From Antedon mediterranea (taxonomy: Eukaryota > Animalia > Echinodermata): DNA of 64,000 bases. Below are positions 25,722-39,692 of this stretch, piece after piece (the stretch's first letter is position 1; every line of letters starts with the position of its first letter). The position numbers were made by a program, and so were the translations under genes. The notes below the pieces were generated by a model. It ran no database searches. It was not told where the DNA came from and saw nothing but the letters and a program-made list of their open reading frames with translations. The stretch spans positions 28,848,871-28,912,870 of the forward strand of contig NC_092676.1 in assembly GCF_964355755.1 (NCBI RefSeq). The letters are read 5' to 3'.

Positions 25722-26000
25722 ATATGATTTAGCACATTGTATGAAATACCAAATTACCTTATTACAGACTAATCTGTACACTGCCTTGGCCCTGGCAGAC
25801 CCCTCTAAAGTTAGACTAGAGACCCCCCTTTCCCCAACTATCCCAGCTTAGATATTGTAGATACCGCCAGCGACCAATTTTATATGATTTAGCACATTGT
25901 AAACAATACCAAATGACCTGGCAGACCCCTCTAAAGTTAGACTAGAGACCCCATTTACCCCAATTATAGCCTACCTTAGATATTGTAGATACCACCAGCA
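25722..26000. repeat. Imperfect local tandem duplication (2 copies, about 120-150 bp)
   Basis: ATATGATTTAGCACATTGTA...CCTGGCAGACCCCTCTAAAGTTAGACTAGAGACCCC...TTAGATATTGTAGATACC occurs twice. Confidence 0.8.
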
Positions 26001-27319
26001 GAAAAAAAAAACACCCAAAACAACATGTTTAATTGAATAAAGTTTAACTTTAATCGAACTAACACAAAACAATTGAAAATATATCACATCAATGACGATA
26101 AAATGACCATTATCATTCTAAAGGGAAATATAGTTTAAGAGTTTCATTTAAAACTTATATAAGCCAAATATATATAACAAGTACGGATTTGGGTAAATTT
26201 AGCATTCCTAGCCTTTGTATGTCAAAGATACATTCGTCTGTAACTCTTGGACCTACTTTAAGAGAAAGCTTATGTAATCACCTTAATCAAATTCAGGATT
26301 GTAGTAACTTAATCTAAAGTGATTTGATTAATTAATAGTACTTTTCTGTGTTTTTATCCTTTGATTGATCCTCTTGATCATCAGAATAAGGATTTTTTTT
26401 TAAATATTATAAAAACATAAACGGTCATAAAGTTTGGTCAAGAATCAAGTTTTGTTATAAATGGAAATGTAACGTTATATTTCTTTGAATTTCTCGTCAT
26501 ATCGACAAAACTTCTTAGAAAATTATATTTAGAATCACGACCGTTTGATCCTTAAGAGGAGAATAAACAAAAGCCGTATTAAACGTCGTTAAGTCAAACC
26601 TATGGACTCCATAAAAACTTGAATAGCTCATTCATTGTGTCTTGGTTGTACATTAACTAAACATTAAATGTATTTCTATTACAATATACTACCTCTATTA
26701 ATTTCTTTATAATAATTGAAGAATTGTAAATTATCGTAGGCGTCTATTCGTTATATGAACATCCGTTTACAGGAAGAATTGAGCTAAAAAGGGACAGGAG
26801 ACATTTACAAGAATGATATGGCCACATAATTGAAAATTAAACAACATTAGCAACACTGGCTCTTAGTTCCCTTTTGTGGGCCTATTTCCTTCCACTTAAT
26901 TTGTGGTTGTTGTTTTGTTTTTTTGTGTGCGTTTCTGATGTTTTTGTCAATAAAAAATAAGAACAATTAAGAAAGATATTCCCTTAAATACAAACTATTA
27001 TACAATACAAATTTAAGGATTTTCCGTAAGAGGTATTCACTTAGAAGAATTATTTAAATTGAAAAACAAAAATATATACTCTAATGTTTTCTATAATAAT
27101 TTGCCTTAGTTATTATTTAGTTTGTTAGTGTTTCTCTTATAATTCAATGTCCACATACAAGAGGTAACGGTAAAACAATAGTATATATTATATATTGTTT
27201 CTTAGTACCATTTACACGAATTAGTAAATTGGCCTTTATAGTGTGAATGGTGAATATGACCACTGGACTATTGTATTTTAGTACGCCTATTGTAGTAGGC
27301 CTATGATTATATTTTGTCA

Positions 27320-27445
27320 ACCGGCCTGGGGATTCGGAGACCCATTATTAGCAGAGCAGCCGGCCACCGGCCTGGGGATTCGGAGACCCATTATTAGCAG
27401 AGCAGCCACCCGCCTGGGGATTCAGAGACCCATCATTAGCAGCCA
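27320..27445. repeat. GC-rich minisatellite, 3 copies of about 45 bp
   Basis: CCGGCCTGGGGATTCGGAGACCCATTATTAGCAGAGCAG repeated. Confidence 0.85.
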
Positions 27446-27948
27446 TCTGCTTCACATGTTGTATATTTCGATAAGAGAATTCGTTTACATTAAAATGTTC
27501 TTATCACTCATCACAAGACAAATTATGTTTTCAGTTACAAAAAAAATGATACATTTAAGTTCACCTAAAGCAGACCTATACTATGACTGTTATTAATTTT
27601 AAAACACCGTTTTTAAAACAAATTAATCAGGTTCAAATGTTCCACCGGTAAAGTAACATTAGGTAAAAGAAATAATACTCATGAAATTGAACCACCGTGC
27701 AACCCCAGATTCCTCATCGATTAATTTACCGCTGACTGTGTTTCAGCTGCCGTGTAAGTAAATGGCATTATCACGTCTTTCGGATGAGATGCCGTGACGT
27801 TGGTACGAGTATCATTGGGTGATAGTTCAGTATTCAAAGCAAGAAAATGCCACTAAATTTGGACAGGGGACTATTAAACAATCGAGTATGATTTGACACT
27901 AGGAAACAAACCTCGTAATGGATTATTCATCGCGTCGTGATTTGTTAA

Positions 27949-28257
27949 GCGTGGTTCCCACACTAGCGACGCAACACAAGGACGTAACGCAACGCAAGTG
28001 AATTGACCAATCACAAGCGATGGCTTATTCGCCTGTGATTGCTAACTGTCTATAACTTTGCTTGTCATTGGTTAAAACGCTTGCGTTGCGTTTACGTCCT
28101 TGCGTTACGTTCTAGTGGGAACCAGGCTTTAATATGCATTGCGCTTACGTCCTTGCGTTGCGCTTACGTCCTTGCGTTGCGCTTACGTTCTTGCGTTGCG
28201 CTTACGTCCTTGCGTTGTGTTTACGTCCTTGAGTTGCGTTCTGGGAAGCAAGCTTAA
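27949..28257. mobile_element. MITE family B (TIR GGTTCCCACTAG; internal ACGCAACGCAAG and GACCAATCACAAGCGA palindromic arms) plus an adjacent partial copy with tandem subterminal repeats
   Basis: Full copy at about 27949-28128. Related copies at about 3788-3910, 6180-6233 (mini), 9612-9730, 15210-15380, 22727-22848, 24553-24695, 30585-30640, 34860-34945, 37053-37220 and 37569-37787. Confidence 0.8.
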
Positions 28258-29778
28258 ATAATGGAGGCGATCACATCAAATCCATTCCGATTCCATAATG
28301 AAGCCACATTTAAAAAAATATATTTTAAGTAAAATGACAAACAAATACTTTTTGTTTCCCTATTTTCGTGAGGGTTACGTGCGCGTAAATAACGTCATGG
28401 CTTCTAAGGCGAATGATTTGTGTGTCCTTGCAAGTGATTTAATCATTGACTTCGTGTTGCAGATCATTATTCTTTCCTCCTGTCTATGTCTGATTACCAT
28501 TTTACATACATGACACTAATTACGTGCTCTCATTACGAACAGTGTCCTCAATTGTATCACGTTTTTTTTAGAGATAGAGATTATCGTAAATTAGATTTTT
28601 TTATGATATGGTAACAAATTCGTCAACGATTTACAACTTTTTAAACAAATTGAAAAACAATTTATTTAAATAAAAACCCCACGCGTACAAATAATGATGT
28701 GCATATTTTACAATGTTTCAATATATTCTGTTTTTTTTACAAATATTTTAATATTTTAAAATAATATGATCTAAATATCTGTCTACTGTATTGAGGATAA
28801 ACTAAAGTAAAACATTTTCACCATGACATTAAGTGATAGATTGAAAAAAAAGATAATGTAACTATGTATGGACCAAACACAGTATGCACGAAAGCCAGTG
28901 GAGCAGTAGCCTTCAACAATAAAGCAGGAGGATTGTTATACCTCCCTGAATGAAGTTTGCTCCAAAATGGAAAAAGAAGAAATCATTAAAATTGTCTTGA
29001 AAAGAAATGTTTGTATTCACACTCCCTATGATACTGCTATTAAGTTTGCCTTTTTGTATGTTTCATGTTTTGTATTTTCATGTGCTTTTAATTCTATATT
29101 TATATCGAGTTTTAAGGCATCCTGTAATTGGCGATTTTTCGCTGTTGGATGTGGTTGAAATAAAATAAAAATTAAAAAATAAATTTGTGTCATGATTGAG
29201 CATAATGTGCTCGAGGTCATCCAATTGCTTGTGTCTCATATTTTTAAATTGTATATCCTCTGCCATACATTATTGTTATACGTGTTTGATTGGTATGTTT
29301 ATGTTGTTTATTGTTGTTTTATGGGCTATCCTCCTTTGTTTCTTATTTAATGTATTTGCTTGTAAATTGTTTGTATTCATATTGTCTTGTTGAGACCGAA
29401 TAAAATCAAATCAAATAGTAACATTTAATCAACAAAAAGTCTTAAATGAATTACGTAATGTGTGCATAACGTCTTCATGTTTAGATGGTAATGAAATCAC
29501 TCATAGATAATGAATTCCAATGAAATGTATGCGATAATGCATACAATGACACCACCTGAAGACAAAACAAACTGTCCATGTTCTTGACTAAATAGTAAAA
29601 AGTATAATTTATTCAAAATCTACACAGTTAAGCATCTACTAAGGATAATATTTAAATAAATTGTTATCTTTTGACGCTTCTAATTTACATTTTTTCAGAT
29701 GTTCTATTTATAACCAAATCTGAAGAGAATCGTTAAAGCAGCATTAGTGTACGTTGACTGTGACGATCGACTGTAATC

Positions 29779-32700
29779 ATGTATGGGCTGCTGTTAGAAA
29801 GCATTCATGATATGATAAAAGGAAGATATGGAGAAGAAAAATGGCTGGAAATCAGGAGTAAAGCAGAAATTGACGAGCACATATTTGTCACCCATGATAT
29901 TTATAGTGAAAGAATAATTCCGCAAATCTGTCGAGCAGCTAGCTCGATACTGGACATTGAACTTGATGAGTTTATGTCTGAAAGCGGAAAATATTTTGTC
30001 AATTTTGTGGGAAATTATGATTATGATCGTCTGCTCGGGTGCCTGGGCCGAAACATGAGTGATTTCTTAAACGGACTCGACAACCTCCACGAATACATCC
30101 GGTTCAGCTACCCAAAGCTTAGGCCCCCCAGTTTCTTTTGTACTGACGAGAACGAGAACGGGCTAACCCTTCATTATCGATCGAAGCGACGGGGATTTCT
30201 TCGCTATGTAACGGGACAGATTATTGAAGTGGGACGAAATTTCTACGACATCGAAATAGATGTTCAAATTGTGAACTCTGAATATAAAGGCGGGATGCAG
30301 TCTGTGACGTACTTATTAAGCTTTGATAATTCAAATTACCGTAAGAATGCTGGTACGGTGTCGAGGTTTATGGAGAGGGCACCCGACCTACACCCTACGC
30401 ATTTGTTTAACATATTCCCATTCCACATTGTCTTTGACGATTCCATGACCATACAGAATGTTGGTATGTATATTCTATAAATTATATTTTCAATTAATTT
30501 TTATTTTTACGTTGAATCAATAATATATACGGTAATAGTTTAACCAGTAAAAGTTCAGGCAAGTGAAAAAGGGGATATGTTGTAGTGATTGGTTAAATTA
30601 CTTGCGTTGCGCGTACGTGTTTTCGTGTCGTTGCGCGCTATAGAGGTTGGAGGACTCCTCCCTCAAGCTAAAATCTGAATATTTGTGACGAATAAAAATA
30701 AATAAATAAAGGTTGTTATTTTCTACTAGGCACCGTCCTTCATTCAGCAATCCCATACCTCGTGGGCAAGCCTCTCGATCAAGAATTCGAACTGATTCGA
30801 CCGTTGCTGGATTTCTGCTGGGATTCGGTATGCTATTCTTTGTTATAATTTGAAAAATGCAGCTTACGAAACATATTAAAGTTACTGCATAGTTCTCTAT
30901 TTATTCTTAACTTTATTTTTCAATTTCTACACAATACACGCTGATTAAGTATGTTAAATTAATTGACACACACACAAAACATGATAAATTAAGTATTTCA
31001 AGTAGTATAAAATGCAATTGCAAATATCAACAAATCATTCCAATTGTTGTTGATGTGTCTTTATGCAGACTAAGCAGCGAGGAATGCAATGAGCTTTTTC
31101 TTGACGAAATAAATAATTAAAATTGGCTAGATCTCCTCTAAACAAACAAGTCATAGGTCTATAAAACGAAGGTATATCGTAGTAGCTTCAACATTGAAAA
31201 CCGTGTGTTATGCACAATATAATTATATTTACAATTTATTATAACAAGGTCTAAAAGGGACATAAACATTGACAGACACAAATGTCGTTCTTTTCTCACG
31301 ATTACTGCGCAGCTATTGAGTCTAACAGTACTTCTATACGTGTCGACCATATATGTCTGAGCATGCGCAGAAAGACTTTGTAGCTATGCAGTAGATGCGT
31401 GGCGCGTATTGAAAAACTAAAGGACTCCATTAGTAGAAGATGATTTTGAACAACAAGCCAATTTGTAAAATACATTTAGTTTACAATGCTAGATTTAATG
31501 AAAAATACTAATAATTGGCATTGATGAGAATGAGAATAATAAATGCTTAGGTCTAATTACTCTAATTATTGCCTTCTAATATACTTTGGATTTATTTATG
31601 TCTTACGTTTTAAAATTTTGTTGATTAGAATTTTAACGTTGTTCGATGTTTTGCAAAAAAATAGATTTTAAATTTTACAGACTATTAAATAACTAAAGCC
31701 ATAGAATGAAAAAAAAACCATCGTTTGTAATCAATAAGTGAGGAACGGGATGATGAAAGACAAGGATGATATTTTATTTTTAATGGATCAGTAATCTAAG
31801 TTTATTGTTGACAAAAAAATACAATAATAAACTTAGACCTTAACACATATCATAATGGTGTTCAGGTCACGTAATAAACCTTACTCATTGTTGACAAGTT
31901 TCAGGAGTAAGGGTTATATTTTTTAATACATTCTTTCGATTCGCTTAATCATTTAATAACTCCCAGGTGTTCTTTTCTTTCTCTTTCAAAACGTTACAGT
32001 AATATGTTTTTTTCCTGCATTTCTAAGAATACTAGTTGAAACTAGTTTGTAAGAACGATCAATTAAAAAATAGTTTATCCATCCTGTAATTGGCGAGTCT
32101 GTGCTCGCTGTTGGATACGTATGAAAAAAAAAATTGTCTTCAAAATTGTTGACAAAAAAAAAAATTGTTGGTTGAAACCCTCATTTCCTGTTTTTTCTAG
32201 AAAAAAATCAATTTAGTCCAGATTGACTATACTTTGTAAATTTATATAGAAAATTGTTTTTTTTCTAGGTAATTATGCACGTAAATAATGTATTTGAACT
32301 AGCTGCAACGACTTTGATTCGAAAAAAACAATCAAAAGGTCGGAAGTCCACAGGTAATACAAGTTAGTTACCTTCGTCTGGCACGCTCACTAAACAAAAA
32401 ACTAAACGATTGCTGAAACAATAGGATTGACGACATACTCTCCTGATCGACTGATAAATTAACCGAATGACGTACTGACCGACTGACCAATTGATATACT
32501 AACCGAATAAAGGGTATTTCACACCTGTTCCGACACGTTTCCGCTCCAGTGCCGGTAAATCAAACCGAACGGCATTGTTTCGTTTTCACGACGTTCCACG
32601 CGGCTTTGCGCCAATCGATATGCGCGTAGCCGCTTGAACACGAAACATTGACGTTCGATTTGGCGGGTGCCGGACCAAGTGTGAAAGAACCTTAACTGAA

Positions 32701-35700
32701 CTAATACAGTACGCTAAGTAGTAATATATTAATATTCAGTTTTTATTTCTCAGTAGGCTCAAGAAAGGGCAGCAAAAATTCTAACGAAAGCAGGAACTCT
32801 AACGACTCATGGTCAGGTAATTACGTCACAAACCAATTTACGATCCTAAATAATCAAAATATCGAAAAAAAAATGTCTTTGTTTCAAATTAACTATTAAT
32901 GTCATCATCGGTAACATCAAGGCAGTCATTAGATTGCTTTTTAATTTATTCATTACAATATTTAAAATATATATATTAATAATACATTAATGATAAATTA
33001 CAATTGCAAAAGCTTGTAATACGACTTTGTTTATGTAGAGTATCTTGTGTATAATATGTTTATCTTGTGAAAAGAATTGCCACCTTTAAGAAGAATAGTG
33101 AATTCAATTATGGTTATCCTGGGCAATTGGCCTAAATATACAATAAAAAAGTAATTGAAAAACAAATTGTTACCTTTTTTATTTGTTTCTTTTAATACAA
33201 CAGATGCCCTAACTTTGGACATGAACCCACGTCGAGTTCGCCTCAAGGGTCAAATGCAGTATATAGAGGAATGGGATTCCATGATTTTTCTATGTACACC
33301 TGTGTAAGTATTATAATATAGTTTCATTTTGAAAATAATAACGTAATTTTCATCCGACCTAAGTCTATGTTCTAGCCGGCGACGATTCAACTTAAAATTG
33401 GTTTAAAAAAACATACACTTTGACGTTTCATAAGTAGGCCTATAGTACTTAAACTAAAGAAAAATCGAAACGCTAAATGGAAAACTAACAACATAAACAA
33501 AGACAATAACTTAATACTTGGGTTACATACGAATCATCTAATTGCAAGGGCTCATGATAATTTTATAGAAATACTCACTATTATTAATATTTTACCATTT
33601 TGTATGGAAGAAAATATGAGATACGATTTAATGTTTTATTCTGTCCTTGTCCTTGAAATTGTTTTAATGCTAATTTTCCTCTCATCATTTCAATCTTACC
33701 TAACTACTGTACATTACACTATAAATAATCAACTTAGACGAAATAAGTCGTTGGCATTGACAATATTATAAATTAAAGATATTTGAACAGATAGTTAATA
33801 CCATACTAAGATTAATAAAGCCAATCTAAATCAACGGGAAGGTTACACACAATAGTATTTCATTATGGCTCCGTTTTTATACGTATGCGTTCAAATGGTG
33901 ATACATAATAGTACAGTTTAATTACAAGCGCGCGTCAACTTTGTGTTGGAGGTAAAAACTTTTTTTAACATTTCTTTTTTTAGAATGGAAAATATAGATA
34001 CAATGGCTGCCGCAGGATTGTATGTGAACGACTTTAGTATGCACGATTCGAGTCGTGATCTCATTCTAGCTGGAACCCAGCAATCTACAGAGTTAAAGAT
34101 GGCACTCGACCAGGTATGCCATGTATTTGTTGTTGAATGATGAAATGAATCAAAGCCTGGTACGTAAGACCTTATGAGCGCCCTCATAAATTTAATTTTC
34201 TCGCCTCGTTGTACTGCAAAATACTGGTTTTGTGGCGTTCCATACAACCCCGGTATCGTAAGTTCTTTTTAATAGGCGAATGTATATTTAAATCATGTTA
34301 ATTGTTTACTTTAGGAACAACGTAAGAGTGCGCAATTAGAAGAAAGTATGAGAAAATTAGATGTCGAAGTTAAGAAAACAGATTCTTTGTTATATCAGAT
34401 GATACCAAAACCTGTGGCGGAAAAACTTCGAAAGGGAGACTCAGCTACCAGTACGTGCGAGGTAAGAGGACTAAGGATTGTATTTTCCCAAATTTTGTCA
34501 AGACTGATATACGACAAATGACAGGTAACACTTCCAGATGGATTGCGCGCGCGTGTATGATTACTCATCCAAAACCATATAAGCCTTTAAACGTGCATTT
34601 TTACGTTGATCGTCTTAATTTTTACTTTGTATTTTAAAGGTATTTCCGTGTGTGACAATTTTATTCAGTGACGTTGTAGGCTTTACGACAATCTGTTCAC
34701 GTATTACACCTATGGAGGTGGTAGCCATGTTGAACAGCATGTACACAAAGTTTGATAACCTATGTGAAGAATACGAAGTATATAAGGTAAGATGATTACG
34801 TCACCAAACATTACCATGAAACTAAAAATTGCTTACATTTTTTTACTTGAAAACATTTAGATACAACGCAACGACGCAGGCGCAACACAAGTATTTTGAC
34901 CAATCACAACGCCACTTTTCGAATGATTCATCGCGTCGTGATTGTGAAAAACAAGCGTTATAGCTCTGTTTACACTATCAAACTGTATGTGATGGACATG
35001 ATATGTCATACCACATTCAAATTCGTAAATGAAGTTAATATAAATGTTCACTTTTACAAAAACATTAATGTTAGTCCTTTATTTAATTATTTACTTTCTT
35101 ATTGAATTATTGTTAGATCAAAATTTATGCATTTTGACTAATATATTTGTTGTGACAGGATTTCGTTTAGCGAAAGCTACTTTGAGGCTCCTATTTCACA
35201 TGGTACGCTTTGTATGATTTGAATAAAGTTGAAAGATTATGAAAGATTATATTTGGGTATATCACTACCATATTTGGGCAAATCATACTTTTTTGTCAAA
35301 CTAGTTTGATAGTGTAGACAGAGCTTAAGGATTTTATCAAAAGAGCAAAAATAGGGTTTTAAAATGTAAACACACGGCGCTAAACTAGCCATTTTTCTAA
35401 CGCTGCTTAATAATATCACATAATCAAAAACACTTTATACTTTATTGCGATTAATCCAACACGACGACGGTAATATAAAGTATTAAAGATAAAATAATTA
35501 AATAACTACTTGCGAGTGGAATTAATATTATCAAACGCCCAGTTGATTAACAGTTGAGAGTAAATGCAAACAGTCTTCTAATGTTTACATAACGAAATTT
35601 CATGCAATTACTCTTTTATATTTAATCTAAAATATTGAGTATTTTTTTATTATATTTTCACAAGCGTTAGTTTGCAATCACCAAATTGAGCGTGTCAATA

Positions 35701-38700
35701 AATAATCTTATTAATTCACAATGATTGGGTTTCACGATGTCTTGATTAAAAGATGAATCGGTGGATGATTAAAGTTTCTAAGCAGAGCGGTAAGGTGGAA
35801 TCTAATTAAAGGTGAAAACAAGAAAGATGTTTAATTATACAGCTAGCTATCATGATTACGCTTAATGAAAATTATACCAAGTCAAATTCGATTATGTTCT
35901 CTGAGAAATTAAATCTGAGAGTTGGTTTCGTGAAATTATGTATTTACGACTAAGCTCTGTCTATACTATCAAACTTTATGTGACAATAAAATGTGATGTG
36001 ACCATATATGGACATAATGACGTCATAATACTACCATATTTGAGCACTTTTTTGTGCACCAGGTTTGCACTACGCCTTCTTAAAAAAAAAAGGGGGGGGG
36101 GGGACATTTACACAGACGAGCGGTAACGGTAAGCGGAAAACCGCGTAGCTTGTCCCACGTAGAATCTGTCCTGAGCGGAAACCGCCCGTCTGGTCCGCGT
36201 AGAATCTGTCCTGAGCGGAAACCGCCCGTCTGGTCCGCGTAGAATCTGTCCTGAGCGGAAACCGTCCGTCTGGTCCGCGTTTTTTTTAATAGTCATAAGG
36301 AATAACATAGATTCTATATTTATTACACCGTTATCGCTCGTCGTCTGTGTAAATTGGCCTTTAACTCTAGGTGGATATGAGCCGTCATTTAAAAGTAAAA
36401 TCTAAAAATAACCATTACAACAATAGTTTGAGCGGCGTTTAAACAACACATACAGTAGTATCACAGTTGAATTAACTATTATAAGTTATCTAAGTGTTTC
36501 TCTATTACTAGGTTGAGACTATTGGTGATGCATATATGATAGTGTCCGGAGCACCTATACCGACCGACGACCACGCACATAGGGTGTCCGAAATGGCCAT
36601 GTCAATGGTCAAGGCGATGAGAGATTTAAGAGAGCCCGATTCAGATGACCACATGAAAATACGTGCCGGTAAGAACTAATTAATTGGAGTTTCAAAGTCA
36701 CTGACAGTTACATTCAGAAAAAACACAGAGATTTATCCCAATAAAAACGGGGAATTCTTTCATAAAATCTTCTGACAATATTTGGCAGAGAATAATCTTT
36801 ATATTAATGTTGTTGGACAGGTGTGCATTCAGGAGTGGTGGTTGCTGGTGTTGTGGGACTTAAGATGCCTCGTTACTGTTTATTTGGTGACACTGTCAAC
36901 ACAGCGTCTCGGATGGAGTCTACGAGCGAGGCTCAATGTGTACACATCAGCGAAGCTACCAAAGAGTCCCTGAGTAACTGTCCGTATGTGATCGAAGAAA
37001 GAGGTTCAATTGAAGTTAAGGTAAACTTTTTATTACAACTAAATACAACTAAAGCTTGCATCCCACTTTGACGTAACAGAGGGACGTAAGCGCGTGTCGA
37101 AAGTTAAGTAATTTGACCAATCACGGCGCGATGGATCATTCGAACTTATCGCTTGTGATTGGTCCAATTACTTGCGGTTCACGTACGTCGTTGCGTTGGC
37201 GCCCAAGTGGGAATCATCCTCTTTAAATAGAAAAAATGAATAATTTGTTATTGATAGGCCTACTTTTGAAACATACACTATTAAATAAATGAAATCATAA
37301 ACGGTTGCCTATAGAACAATTGGTCAAATGTTTTGCCCCACTCTGACGTAATTTGTACGTTATACATTGAGAACACTCAGACTCAAGTAGGGCAACACAC
37401 CTGACCATGGAAAACTCTAAATTTTGCTTTTAGGGTAAAGGATCTATGAAAACGTATTGGTTGAAAGGACGGCGAGACGACGCACCGCCGTTCAGAGGGT
37501 TCAGAAAGCTCGGCTATCACGACGACGACAACTCGGATGTGTAAGTTGAATTTGTTTGTTTTATCTTAAGCGTGGTTCCCATTAGAACGCAGCGCAGCGC
37601 GACGTATTGACGCAAAGTTCTGTATTTCGTAATCACAAGTCGGAACCGACGACGCAATAGTGCTGTAAACATCGCAGGTTTGATTTCACGCAGGCGGGAT
37701 TATTGGAATGGAATTTTCCTACGTTGCGTATTTTGCGTTACGTTGCGTATATAGCGTTACGTTGCGTATATAGTGGAAACCAACCTTTAGTGATCATTTC
37801 TGCATTTCAGACACTCGTCTCATCATCATGATAACTACGGACACTCTGCTAAATGTATTTGTACCGTACTTGAGGGCGTACATATGTGTATAATAATATC
37901 TAACAATGACATCTATGGAATCTTTCTAACAATTAAATGAATATAATATGCCTATCCATTTAGGTCAACGGCGCTGATCTGTTTTGAAAGATGGGGTAAG
38001 TTATAAATCTACCTTCAGCTGATGGGACTGAGGTCAGAGGTCTGACAATAATGCATAAGACCTCTTGATGGTCGTAAAACAATGTTAATACGTGTTCCTC
38101 CTAATATCCTCTCATAGTCTGTGCCCATACCTCCTCACATTACAGTACGTATTCGGTACACTTGCGTTAGTAGAAATCAATGTTAATTAAAATAATGTAT
38201 ATATCAATTTTACAGTGAAGTCAACCCGTCGTACAGGCCAGTCAAGTTTGAAAATAAGGTAAGAATGAGCGACCAGCCTAGTCAAATGGCAAGGAAATCT
38301 AAATTTACCTCGGAAAAAAAACCAATAGAAAAAAAACCGGTGATGCCAAAACAAAATATATCAAAACCACTTGTGAAAACACCTAAAGTCAACGAGTCTG
38401 CTGCCGCCACACCCAACAATAAAAAGAACATTGTGAAATCTCCTGTAAAAGACAATATAACGATGTCAAAGAATTCACCGTTGAAGAATCAATTAAAAGC
38501 ACCGATTGTTATCGGTAAGAAAATAGAAAACCGACAGGAGCCGAAACCAACCGAGATGACGCCGATTGAGAAACCGATTATCAAAGAACCGAACGCTAAC
38601 AAACTCGGATCACCAGTTAAGCCTATGAATACGTCATCGTCCAAACTAGCAACCGATGTAAAAAGTCCTGTGAAAAGTCCAGTAAAAGTTGAAGATAAAC

Positions 38701-38801
38701 CACAGAATTCGAACGCTAGCGTTGAGGAAGAGAAGTCCGGTGCCGCCGCCGCCGAGAATAAAAGCCAAGTGAAGTGTAGCAGACTTTGTGAATTGTTATA
38801 A
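29779..38801 (+). CDS. Atypical soluble guanylyl cyclase, Gyc88E-like (H-NOX, PAS/HNOBA, coiled coil, cyclase, C-terminal extension with CAAX), about 834 aa, 12 coding exons
   Basis: Exons 29779-30463, 30730-30827, 32269-32353, 32754-32816, 33204-33303, 33984-34113, 34315-34461, 34640-34786, 36512-36668, 36821-37020, 37434-37540, 38216-38801; all phases are compatible. Motifs: [18 protein letters not shown] (heme His), HYRSKR (YxSxR), [74 protein letters not shown]. Confidence 0.95.
32510..32693. mobile_element. Short TIR element (MITE)
   Basis: AAGGGTATTTCACACCTGTTCCGACAC ... GTGCCGGACCAAGTGTGAAAGAACCTT form imperfect inverted ends. Confidence 0.55.
36107..36353. mobile_element. MITE carrying an internal 40-bp tandem array (3 copies)
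   Basis: Ends TTTACACAGACGAGCG ... CGTCTGTGTAAA. Internal CGTAGAATCTGTCCTGAGCGGAAACCGCCCGTCTGGTCCG at 36158, 36198 and 36238. Confidence 0.7.
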
Positions 38802-39692
38802 TCGAATCCTCAAATTATCTATTTATATTGGTAAAATGTATAAAAGAATACAGTCTTTATATAAGCTATAATGTGTATTTAAGATGACATCAGGAATTTT
38901 ACGCGACGTTGCACAAATAACTGTACGCTTCAATATTTGCGCGCGCGCGTTGTAATTTATGCAGGGTTATCAATAGGCCTACGCTTGTTTTTTTGTATAT
39001 TTTAATAACAATTGGATTTTACCCGTTGTTGTTGTTGTTGCACAAAATTACATTTTCCGCTATATTTTATTATGAACGGTTTAAAAAAAGTGCATTAATT
39101 AAAATATAATATTTTTTCTTTTATTTATATTTTTTATAATCACAAATTAATTTCGGCTTCAATTTTTGCTCTATTTGACAGAAATAACATAAAGAACGCG
39201 AGTGGAGTGAAGGTATATTGAAATGCACAACAACCAAACGGTAGGCTCCAAGTGATCTGTCTAAAAAGCGAATAAAACCGAAGAATTTATCAGTAGTAAA
39301 TGACAGCTTTAGTTTTAATGATCAGTTTTATAATTGTCTGTAACTGTTCAATAATATTTTGTAAACTGTATGTATGTAGATAAAGAAAATATTATAAATA
39401 AGAATATAGTAAAAACGCACAATTTAACGATATTCTAAGCAGGGTTGAACAAATAGAACATGCGTAATGTGATGTTAGATTGACGTGTAGTCAATGTATT
39501 ATCATGGAGTTCTTTACTCCATGGTATTATGAAGGGTCACGAGAACCCGCGGTGAACAGAAATAATAATGTATGAGGCATAGCCATACAATGTTGGGAAA
39601 CGTGGAATGTGGTGTAAGGTACAAGGGGAATGGCCTCAGAATAAGACAATTCGTAAGATAAAAATGTCTAAATGTGGTGGAGTAAATTTTTA

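Noticed and set aside
28039-28257. ORF with repeated LRCAYVLAL units
   Set aside because: It is the translation of MITE family B subterminal repeats (TTGCGTTGCGCTTACGTCC).
37811-37996. Two candidate extra cyclase exons (about 37811-37854 and 37964-37996)
   Set aside because: Every phase combination I tried introduces a stop before the last exon, whereas direct 37540/38216 splicing is in frame. They could only be minor truncating isoforms.
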